A stretch of DNA of 31,973 bases from Octopus sinensis (taxonomy: Eukaryota). Each line of letters starts with the position of its first letter. Position 1 is the first letter of the stretch. The stretch covers positions 1 through 31,973 of the forward strand of contig NW_021833210.1 of NCBI RefSeq assembly GCF_006345805.1, written 5' to 3'. This document shows positions 11,171 through 21,060 of this stretch, piece after piece. The notes beneath the pieces were generated by a model. The model was not told where the DNA came from. It saw only the letters and a list, made by a program, of their open reading frames with translations, and searched no databases. Made by a program: the position numbers and the translations under genes.

Positions 11171-12332
11171 TCCATATATATATAAAACTGAGAATGTGTG
11201 TCTGTCTGTCGGTCTTCTGTCTGTGTGTTTCCCTAAAACTTGAGAACTACACAACCAATTTCATTCACATTTTACACAAGCCTTACTTAGGGTCCGGGGA
11301 GTGTCATCGGCAAAATTTTGTTTACTTTTTGCCGAGGGCGAGCCCACAGCAATATCATATCTTCTCCACTACGATTCCCTAAAATTTGAGAACTACACAA
11401 CCAATTCCATTCAAATTTTACACATGCCTTACTTAGGGTCCATGTAGTTTCATGGGCAAAGTAAATGTTCACATTCTTGCCTAGAGCGAGCCCATAGCAA
11501 CATCATATCTTCTCCACTATTTCAGTATTACGTGTTAAAAGTGAAACAAAAACGTTTCTCTATTTTATGTCAGATACTTTCACTTTAACAATAAAAATAA
11601 TAATTACAATTGAATTGAATGTAGTAAGTAATAATTAAAATCAAACTAAAGTAACATAACAAAAGTAAATTTGCATCAATGATTTGAACTTGAATAAGTG
11701 GTTTCACATGAATGGGAATAAATTAAAAATAAAATTAGTGTGAAGAAATGGAATAGTCCAGATGGATAATACAAAACTAAATTAAAGAAAAGACTATTGT
11801 CTATAAAGTATACAATGTAGAGAAAAAAGGAGATTTGAACACATGGAGGAAAGCACCTTCGAAAAGTGTCGTGGTGCGACTATGAAAGGTATCTAATCAG
11901 AGGCGGAAAATTCGCCACAATAGAAGCAAGGTTTGAGTCAACGGAGCGTGCAAGGGAGTACTCGACTCGAACTTGCAAAGTGGAAATATTCTATCTTTAC
12001 CTTTATATCTGGGACGTAGGACGTCCCGGAAAAAAATTTAAATGCACCCTCCCCCCACCAGAAGTAGAGATAGGCTGGATTGTAGCCACACTTCTATACA
12101 AAACGGAGGACAAGATACAATTGATCGAAAGTACAAGAGACGGGCTAACAATTCCAGTCTGTTATATATTTTGTGTATTGTTATCACTAGCGATATCAAA
12201 ATATAACTTTGTATTTTGTATTTTATGTGTAAATGTATACATATAGATGTACATAGTACATGTACACATACATATGCATATATATACATGCACTAGAACT
12301 ATAACCCGGCAACGACGGGTCTTTAATGCTAG
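11171..12332 (+). mobile_element. Non-autonomous Helitron
   Basis: A|TC 5' end (TCCATATATATAAAACTG), subterminal hairpin acccg-gcaacga-cgggt, CTAG|T 3' end, no TSD. Confidence 0.85.
11231..11519. repeat. ~146-bp x2 internal tandem repeat of the Helitron
   Basis: cctaaaa(c/t)ttgagaactacacaacc...atcatatcttctccacta occurs twice. Confidence 0.85.
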
Positions 12333-12366
12333 TAGATATATATATTATAATATGTATATATGTATA

Positions 12367-12421
<55 letters not shown>

Positions 12422-12428
<7 letters not shown>

Positions 12429-12628
12429 CATATTAAAAGGGCTTAGTAAAATAAATTATTTTGCCACATACTGAACTTTGCCACATGTACACACTGGCAA
12501 AGTAATTTATTTTACTAAGCCCTTTATAAAATGTAATATTTTGAATTCGCCTTAAATGGTCCCTTTACATACTGAATACCTGGTGAAATTGATTAATAAT
12601 TAATTAATTTTACCCTCAATTGTTGAAA
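12422..12628 (+). mobile_element. Short fold-back insert in (TA)n related to the array-unit terminus (duplicate at 15398-15606)
   Basis: 30-bp inverted repeat 12437-12466 / 12495-12524 (1 mismatch); 3' end tggtgaaattga..aattaattaattttaccctcaattgtt then (TA)n. Confidence 0.7.
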
Positions 12629-12650
12629 TATATATATATATACATATATA

Positions 12651-13053
12651 CTCTTTTACTCTGTTACTTGTTTCAGTCATTTTACTGTGGCCATGCTAGA
12701 GCACCGACTTTAGTCGAGCAAATCGACTCCAGGACTTATTCTTTGTAAGCCTAGTACTTATTCTATCGGTGTCTTTTGCCGAACCGCTAAGTTACGGACG
12801 TAAACACACCAGCATCGGTTGTGAAGCGATGTTGGGAGACACACAGACACACAGACAACATACAACACACACATACATTTATATACATATATACGACGGG
12901 CTTCTTTCAGTTTCCATCTACCAAATCCACTCACAAGGCTTTGGTCGGCCAAAGACTATAGTAGAAGACACTTGCCCAAGGTGCCACGTAGTGGGACTGA
13001 ACCTGGAACCATGTGGTTGGTAAGCAAGCTACTTACCACACAGCCACTCCTAC
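12651..13053 (-). mobile_element. tRNA-headed CORE-type SINE
   Basis: Reverse-complement homologue of 8474-8899. Confidence 0.85.
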
Positions 13054-13140
13054 CTTCATCTTTATTCCAGTTGTTGGGCCGTGGTTATGCTGGAGCAGCA
13101 CCTCGAACAAATTTAGTCGATTTATTCGACTGAAAACCAG

Positions 13141-13210
13141 CTGGAAACCGTTCAGCGACGTGCAACCGAGAGAAAACCCTCCTTAGGCATTTGCCATATT
13201 CTGGACGCCT
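13141..13210 (+). mobile_element. Tiny CR1-like RT C-terminal fragment (duplicated ~16120-16187)
   Basis: LETVQRRAT..PSL/RHLPYSGRL with frameshift. Confidence 0.55.
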
Positions 13211-13212
13211 TA

Positions 13213-13730
13213 CCGTAAATCCTCGAATATATTCCGCCCTATAATACGTAGGGGATTTTTAGGGGACTGTACCTCTGAGAAACCTAAACCTTGTGTATAA
13301 CTTGAGTCAAGGAGGTCTATAAAATGTCCTTGCTTTGTAAAAAGGTATATGGTAACGTCCTTAATTATTATTGTATACATAACATAATGCAAACATGTAG
13401 CTTTTTTGTGCATTTTGTTTGTAGAAAATAAAGAAATAACAGTAATAACGTCAGTGAAAAATAAATATTAAGTAAATTGCCTTTACATATTTATCACTAT
13501 CAGTTACAAAAGCAAAGTCATTTATTCAAATCCTTCAAATTCAACCTCTCTTTCAGCATCAAATAACTGTTCTATTTGTTCCCCCGTAAACATGTCAGCA
13601 TCATTGTAGTGTAAATCTCCGTCATCGTCAGATTCATAGTCAACATCAGACGATTCCCTATCATTTATTTCATCTTTCCATACAACGTCATCCAGTGCAG
13701 ACGACATACATTTGATAAAACTTTCCTAAC
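13213..13730 (-). mobile_element. pogo/Tc2-type DNA transposon 3' end (TIR plus transposase C-terminus)
   Basis: TA|CCGTAAATCCTCGAATATATTCCGC TIR; ORF remnant (RK)SFIKCMSSALDDVVWKDE..acidic..LFDAEREVEFEGFE*. Confidence 0.75.
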
Positions 13731-13814
13731 ACCAACCACTCAGCAGAATGGACCGAGTGCTTTTATGTGGCACCAGCACCGGCAGGGTCACCAAATAACT
13801 TGGAAGACAAGGAA

Positions 13815-14740
13815 TTCTGAGAGGGGGAGGGGACATTTAAGGAGGGGATCTTGTGTCGGATGAGGAAAGGTTAGAGTGAGACAGAAAGACAGAAACAGGT
13901 GGGTAGCATGTAGGGGAGGTACAAGGTTACTCAGCCAGATAGAGTGAAGGTGACAGTGAAGGAAAGAGGGAGAAATAGTGAAGGAAAGAGGGAGGGAGGG
14001 GTGTGAGTAAGAGGGGGAGAGGGTGGGAGAGATGGAGAAAGGGAGAAAGGGCAGGGCGGAAGTAAGAGTGAGAGAGGGTGGGAGAGGGAGAGGGAGAGAG
14101 GGTAGGAAAGTGAATGAGAGGGATAGAGTGAGAGAGCAGAGGCAGAGAGAGGAAGAGGGAGGGAGAGAGGAGATGAGACAGAGTGGGAGGGAGGGTGAGA
14201 GAGAGGAGAGATGGAGAGAGAGAGGGGAGACGGAGAGAGACGGAGAAAAGAGCGGAAAGAGGGCGAGGGGAGGGGGCGAAAGGGCGAGAGACAGAGGGAG
14301 AGAGGGGAAAGACAGAGGGAGAGAGAGAAAATGAAAGATGGAGAGGGGAGAGAGAGGGAGAGAGAACGAGGACGGAAGCAAGTGTGTTGCTGTAGAGGAG
14401 ATGCATGGTTAGAGAGAGAGAGAGGAGGGGAGAAAGAGGAAGAGTGAGGAAGAGAGAGAGAGTGCTAGAGAGAGCAGGAGAACGATAATGGTGAAGTGTC
14501 GGGGGAGGGCAGAACATAGAAAGGGTGATAGAGTAAAGGAAGAGAGAGAGAGAGAGAGAGAGAAATGGCAGCAAGTGGGAGGGGAATAGCGTGGAGGTAG
14601 AGGGAGGCTACGATATAAGTGGCAGGACATTGCCAAGGAAACGCGAGAAGGTAGCGGGAGGCAGAGACTAGTGAGATCATGGGTATATAGAGGGAGGGAG
14701 GGAGGGATAGGAATGATAGAGAGAGCAGAGCGGGGGGGAC
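13815..14740. repeat. ~0.9-kb GA-rich purine tract (duplicate 16795-17765)
   Basis: Low complexity; source of L/S/P and R/E/G ORFs. Confidence 0.9.
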
Positions 14741-14950
14741 AGCATTCGTCACTGCGGCGTATAAGGGACTTGCTTACTGGACTGGTCAAAGGGAGAATAC
14801 TCGAGCTTGCCGATCGACAAGGTTTATTATTTGTTTACTAATTACCTGCCCCTAATGGATTTCTACCGCCAGCTTCAAGAGGTATATGCCCCCCCCCGTC
14901 ATTAAGGGTGCTGAGTCGTTCATAGGGTTAAGTGTCTTATATATGCGAAT

Positions 14951-15336
14951 GGATCTTTTCGGTTTGAACGGAAGTGTTTTCTAGCGGTGTCATATGAAAT
15001 TGTCACCCATAATTATGACCCTAGTATTTTAGGGTTAGGGGTGGGGGAAGGGTATCTTTTTTTTCAGAAATGTAAATAAACGCAATCTGTTTCTTAAACG
15101 AGGGACATATTCATACGGCACAGAATGTTTTTTTTTTACCTCAATAGACGTCATTGATTGGTTGAAATTGCATAAATTGAAAGAAAAAAACAACAAATAT
15201 CTTAGAACCATAGACTTTTCCCAATAAAGCCAAGAGAAAGATGTTTTATAAACACATTCTACCATTATACGTAGTTTAAAAGTTTAGTTACGTGGAAATT
15301 ATTTTTAAGAAACTGCCGTTCAAACCGAATGTATCC
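14951..15336. mobile_element. MITE, same family as 9035-9462, opposite orientation
   Basis: TIRs ggatcttttcggtttgaacgg / ccgttcaaaccgaatgtatcc. Confidence 0.8.
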
Positions 15337-15628
15337 CACTCTATGAGGGTACATATGCTGAACTGCATATCAATATATATATATAATATATATATAATAA
15401 AATATTACATATTATAAAGGGCTTAGTAAAATAAATTATTTTGCCACATCCTGAACTTTGCCACATGTACACACTGGCAAAGTAATTTATTTTACTAAGC
15501 CCTTTATAAAATGATATTTTGAATTCGCCTTAAATGGTCCCTTTACATACTGAATACCTGGTGAAATTGATTAATAATTAATTAATTTTACCCTCAATTG
15601 TTGAAATATATATATATATACATATATA

Positions 15629-16032
15629 CTCTTTTACTCTGTTACTTGTTTCAGTCATTTTACTGTGGCCATGCTAGAGCACCGACTTTAGTCGAGCAAA
15701 TCGACTCCAGGACTTATTCTTTGTAAGCCTAGTACTTATTCTATCGGTGTCTTTTGCCGAACCGCTAAGTTACGGAGACGTAAACACACCAGCATCGGTT
15801 GTGAAGCGATGTTGGGGAGACAAACACAGACACACAAACACATACACACACATACATTTATATACATATATACGACGGGCTTCTTTCAGTTTCCATCTAC
15901 CAAATCCACTCACAAGGCTTTGGTCGGCCAAAGACTATAGTAGAAGACACTTGCCCAAGGTGCCACGTAGTGGGACTGAACCTGGAACCATGTGGTTGGT
16001 AAGCAAGCTACTTACCACACAGCCACTCCTAC
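15629..16032 (-). mobile_element. tRNA-headed CORE-type SINE (duplicate)
   Basis: Copy within the 3-kb duplication. Confidence 0.85.
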
Positions 16033-16189
16033 CTTCATCTTTATTCCAGTTGTTGGGCCGTGGTTATGCTGGAGCAGCACCTCGAACAAATTTAGTCGAT
16101 TTATTCGACTGAAAACCAGCTGGAAACGTTCAGCGACGTGCAACCGAGAGAAAACCCTCCTTAGGCATTGCCATATTCTGGACGCCTTA

Positions 16190-16710
16190 CCGTAAATCCT
16201 CGAATATATTCCGCCCTATAATACGTAGGGGATTTTTAGGGGACTGTACCTCTGAGAAACCTAAACCTTGTGTATAACTTGAGTCAAGGAGGTCTATAAA
16301 ATGTCCTTGCTTTGTAAAAAGGTATATGGTAACGTCCTTAATTATTATTGTATACATAACATATGAAAACATGTAGCTTTTTTGTGCATTTTGTTTGTAG
16401 AAAATAAAGAAATAACAGTAATAAAACGTCAGTGAAAAATAAATATTAAGTAAATTGCCTTTACAATTTATCACTATCAGTTACAAAAGCAAAGTCATTT
16501 ATTCAAATCCTTCAAATTCAACCTCTCTTTCAGCAATCAAATAACTGTTCTATTTGTTCCCCCGTAAACATGTCAGCATCATTGTAGTGTAAATCTCCGT
16601 CATCGTCAGATTCATAGTCAACATCAGACGATTCCCATCATTTATTTCATCCTTCCATACAACGTCATCCAGTGCAGACGACATACATTTGATAAAACTT
16701 TCCTAACACC
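16190..16710 (-). mobile_element. pogo/Tc2-type 3' end (duplicate)
   Basis: Same TIR and C-terminus, with an extra 1-nt insertion. Confidence 0.75.
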
Positions 16711-17974
16711 AACCACTCAGCAGAATGACCGAGTGCTTTTATGTGGCACCAGCACCGGCAGGGTCACCAAATAACTTGGAAGACAAGGAATTCTGAGAGG
16801 GGGAGGGGACATTTAAGGAGGGGATCTTGTGTCGGATGAGGAAAGGTTAGAGTGAGACAGAAAGACAGGAAAGGTGGGTAGCAGTAGGGGAGGTACAAGG
16901 TTACTCAGCCAGATAGAGTGAAGGTGACAGTGAAGGAAAGAGGGAGAAATAGTGAAGGAAAGAGGGAGGGAGGGGTGTGAGTAAGAGGGGGAGAGGGTGG
17001 GAGAGATGGAGAAAGGGAGAAAGGCAGGGCGGAAGTAAGAGTGAGAGAGGTGGGAAGGGGGGAGAGGGAGAGGGAGAGAGGGTAGGAAAGTGAATGAGAG
17101 GGATAGAGTGAGAGAGCAGAGGCAGAGAGAGGAAGAGGGAGGGAGAGAGGAGATGAGACAGAGTGGGAGGGAGGGTGAGAGAGAGGAGAGATGGAGAGAG
17201 AGAGGGGAGACGGAGAGAGAGGGACGGAGAAAAGAGCGGAAAGGGGGCGAGGGGAGGGGGCGAAAGGGCGAGAGACAGAGGGAGAGAGGGGAAAGACAGA
17301 GGGAGAGAGAGAAAAGGAAAGATGGAGAGGGGAGAGAGAGGGAGAGAGAACGAGGACGGAAGCAAGTGTGTTGCTGTAGAGGAGATGCATGGTTAGAGAG
17401 AGAGAGAGGAGGGGAGAAAGAGGAAGAGTGAGGAAGAGAGAGAGAGGTGAGAGAGAGGAGACGAGGAGTGCTGAGAGGGCAGAGAGAGAAGGGTGAAGAG
17501 TGGGGGGAGGGAGGGCAGAAAACATAGAAAGGGTGAAGGGGTGAGTAGAGAGGGTGTAAAGGAAGAGAGAGAGAGAGAGAGAGAGAATGGCAGCAAGTGG
17601 GAGGGGAATAGCGTGGAGGTAGAGGGAGGCTACGATATAAGTGGCAGGACATTGCCAAGGAAACGCGAGAAGGTAGCGGGAGGCAGAGACTAATGAGATC
17701 ATGGGTATATAGAGGGAGGGAGGGAGGGATAGGAATGATAGAGAGAGCAGAGCGGGGGGGGGGACAGCATTCGTCACTGCGGCGTATAAGGGACTTGCTT
17801 ACTGGACTGGTCAAAGGGAGAATACTCGAGCTTGCCGATCGACAAGGTTTATTATTTGTTTACTAATTACCTGCCCCTAATGGATTTCTACCGCCAGCTT
17901 CAAGAGGTATATGCCCCCCCCCGTCATTAAGGGTGCTGAGTCGTTCATAGGGTTAAGTGTCTATATATGCGAAT

Positions 17975-18361
17975 GGATCTTTTCGGTTTGAACGGAAGTG
18001 TTTTCTAGCGGTGTCATATGAAATTGTCACCCATAATTATGACCCTAGTATTTTAGGGTTAGGGGTGGGGGAAGGGTATCTTTTTTTTCAGAAATGTAAA
18101 TAAACGCAATCTGTTTCTTAAACGAGGGACATATTCATACGGCACAGAATGTTTTTTTTTACCTCAATAGACGTCATTGATTGGTTGAAATTGCATAAAT
18201 TGAAAGAAAAAAACAACAAATATCTTAGAAACCATAGACTTTTCCCAATAAAGCCAAGAGAAAAAGATGTTTTATAAACACATTCTACCATTATACGTAG
18301 TTTAAAAGTTTAGTTACGTGGAAATTATTTTTAAGAAACTGCGTTCAAACCGAATGTATCC
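17975..18361. mobile_element. MITE (duplicate)
   Basis: As 14951-15336. Confidence 0.8.
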
Positions 18362-18702
18362 CACTCTATGAGGGTACATATGCTGAACTGCATATCAAAT
18401 AATATATATATATATATATGAGTAACAATGAAGGTGAAATTAATTTTTGGAACAATTATCAATTACACCAAGTAGTCTTCGGCATGTAAAAGCCTCATTC
18501 GAGGAAAATTTAAGTAATACTAAGCAATTAAGGGTTTAGCAACGAATTGCCTTACCACACACCGAATTTAGAAATAGCAGTCAAAGAGATTATAGCTATT
18601 TCTTCTACTAAAGGAGATCACAGTAAAGGCACAGCATTTGAAAGGCAAACACAAACAGGTAAAAGAGAATGAATTAACGGCACTATCATACAGTTTTAAG
18701 TC

Positions 18703-18795
18703 ACCTACGGACGTACGTTTCGAGATCAAGTCTTAGGAAAGCATAAGAATTAGATAACTCTACTTTACCCAGACTTCTTCTTTCATCAGCGCAGA
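18703..18795 (-). ncRNA. Type I hammerhead ribozyme motif, copy 1 (weaker stem I)
   Basis: CTGATGA (18789-18783)...C-GAAAC-GTAC-GTC^; cleavage predicted at 18710/18709. Confidence 0.65.
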
Positions 18796-19289
18796 ATACA
18801 AACAATCATGAATGATTGAATATTGAATTTTGAGATACTAGAAGGCACCAACTCAACCCAGTATCAGAGCGAGCTAGAAGCCACAGCTAGTATCACCAAA
18901 TTCAAAGTATGAATGAAAGCTTGTGTCACCAGTCCCTTGCCACCCGCGTGTAGCCAAGACAAAGTGCTGTGGTCATTTACTGGGATGGATATGGTTTATG
19001 AGTAACAATGAAGGGTGAAATTAATTAATTTGGAACAATTATCAATTACACCAAGTAGTCTTCGGCATGTAAAAGCCTCATTCGAGGAAAATTTAAGTAA
19101 TACTAAGCAATTAAGGGTTTAGCAACGAATTGCCTTACCACACACCGAATTTAGAAATAGCAGTCAAAGAGATTATAGCTATTTCTTCTACTAAAAGGGA
19201 CATCACAGTAAAGGCACAGCATTTGAAAGGCAAACACAAACAGGTAAAAGAGAATGAATTAACGGCAATCTATCATACAGTTTTAAGTT

Positions 19290-19383
19290 CCCTACGGACG
19301 TACGTTTCGAGATCAAGTCTTAGGAAAGCATAAGAATTAGATAACTCTACTTTACCCAGACTTCTTCTTTCATCAGCGCAGGA
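19290..19383 (-). ncRNA. Type I hammerhead ribozyme motif, copy 2
   Basis: tcctgcg-CTGATGA-long stem II-C-GAAAC-GTAC-GTC^cgtaggg; stem I 6-7 bp; cleavage 19297/19296. Confidence 0.75.
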
Positions 19384-19867
19384 TACAAACAATCATGAAT
19401 GATTGAATATTTAATTTTGAGATACTAGAAGGCACCAACTCAACCAGTATCAGAGCGAGCTAGAAGCCACAGCTAGTATCACCAAATCAAAGTATGAATG
19501 AAAGCTTGTGTCACCAGTCCCTTGCCACCGCGTGTAGCCAAGACAAGTGCTGTGGTCATTTACTGGGATGGATATGGTTATGAGTAACAATGAAGGTGAA
19601 ATTAATTAATTTGGACATTATCAATTACACCAAGTAGTCTTCGGCATGTAAAAGCCTCATTCGAGGAAAATTTAAGTAATACTAAGCAATTAAGGGTTTA
19701 GCAACGAATTGCCTTACCACACCGAATTTAGAAATAGCAGTCAAAGAGATTATAGCTATTTCTTCTACTAAAAGGGACATCACACAGTAAAGGCACAGCA
19801 TTTGAAAGGCAAACACAAACAGGTAAAAGAGAATGAATTAACGGCATCTATCATACAGTTTTAAGTT

Positions 19868-19961
19868 CCCTACGGACGTACGTTTCGAGATCAAGTCTTA
19901 GGAAAGCATAAGAATTAGATAACTCTACTTTACCCAGACTTCTTCTTTCATCAGCGCAGGA
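19868..19961 (-). ncRNA. Type I hammerhead ribozyme motif, copy 3
   Basis: Same core and stems; cleavage 19875/19874. Confidence 0.75.
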
Positions 19962-20449
19962 TACAAACAATCATGATTGATTGAATTTGAATTTGAGATA
20001 CTAGAAGGCACCAACTCAACCCAGTATCAGAGCGAGCTAGAAGCCACAGCTAGTATCACCAAATTCAAAGTATGAATGAAAGCTTGGTCACCAGTCCCTT
20101 GCCACCCGCGTGTAGCCAAGACAAAGTGCTGTGGTCATTTACTGGGATGGATATGGTTATGAGTAACAATGAAGGGTGAAATTAATTAATTGGAACAATT
20201 ATCAATTACACCAAGTAGTCTTCGGCATGTAAAAGCCTCATTCGAGGAAAATTTAAGTAATACTAAGCAATTAAGGGTTTAGCAACGAATTGCCTTACCA
20301 CACACCGAATTTAGAAATAGCAGTCAAAGAGATTATAGCTATTTCTTCTACTAAAAGGGACATCACAGTAAAGGCACAGCATTTGAAAGGCAAACACAAA
20401 CAGGTAAAAGAGAATGAATTAACGGCAATCTATCATACAGTTTTAAGTT

Positions 20450-20541
20450 CCCTACGGACGTACGTTTCGAGATCAAGTCTTAGGAAAGCATAAGAATTAG
20501 ATAACTCTATTACCCAGACTTCTTCTTTCATCAGCGCAGGA
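20450..20541 (-). ncRNA. Type I hammerhead ribozyme motif, copy 4
   Basis: Same core; 2-nt deletion in the stem II loop region; cleavage 20457/20456. Confidence 0.75.
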
Positions 20542-21060
20542 TACAAACAATCATGATTGATTGATATTGAATTTTGAGATACTAAGGCACCAACTCAACC
20601 CAGTATCAGAGCGAGCTAGAAGCCACAGCTAGTATCACCAAATTCAAAGTATGAATGAAAGCTTGTGTCACCAGTCCCTTGCCACCCGCGTGTAGCCAAG
20701 ACAAAGTGCTGTGGTCATTTACTGGGATGGATATGGTTTATGAGTAACAATGAAGGGTGAAATTAATTAATTTGGAACAATTATCAATTACACCAAGTAG
20801 TCTTCGGCATGTAAAAGCCTCATTCGAGGAAAATTTAAGTAATACTAAGCAATTAAGGGTTTAGCAACGAATTGCCTTACCACACACCGAATTTAGAAAT
20901 AGCAGTCAAAGAGATTATAGCTATTTCTTCTACTAAAAGGGACATCACAGTAAAGGCACAGCATTTGAAAGGCAAACACAAACAGGTAAAAGAGAATGAA
21001 TTAACGGCAATCTATCATACAGTTTTTTTGAAATATTATATTATATAATATTATAATATT

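Larger units (their letters stand above)
12422..15397. repeat. ~3-kb tandem duplication, copy 1
   Basis: Collinear with 15398-18418: fold-back, SINE, pogo remnant, GA tract, MITE. Confidence 0.95.
15398..18418. repeat. ~3-kb tandem duplication, copy 2
   Basis: Near-identical to copy 1; differences mostly 1-nt indels and the GA-rich tract. Confidence 0.95.
18419..21026 (-). repeat. Tandem array of ~580-bp units x4.5 (starts 18419, 18999, 19581, 20160, 20741); candidate retrozyme / Penelope-like pLTR array
   Basis: Each unit starts tgagtaacaatgaag on the + strand; high identity; last unit truncated at 21026; left end abuts (TA)n. Confidence 0.95.

Noticed and set aside
14915-14932. piggyBac-like end (AGGG|TTAA)
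   Set aside because: No matching second terminus in the duplicated unit
13788-17814. Long L/S/P and R/E/G ORFs up to 333 aa
   Set aside because: Arise from the GA-rich purine tract; frames differ between the two duplicate copies
19130-19333. 67-aa plus-strand ORF in array units with AIY-x9-YVS, GIY-YIG-like spacing
   Set aside because: Antisense to the ribozyme, lacks the glycines and downstream R/E residues, open in only some copies; probably chance
18419-21026. CRISPR-like or rDNA-like array
   Set aside because: Units are full-length near-identical with no unique spacers and no rRNA similarity recognised; eukaryotic context
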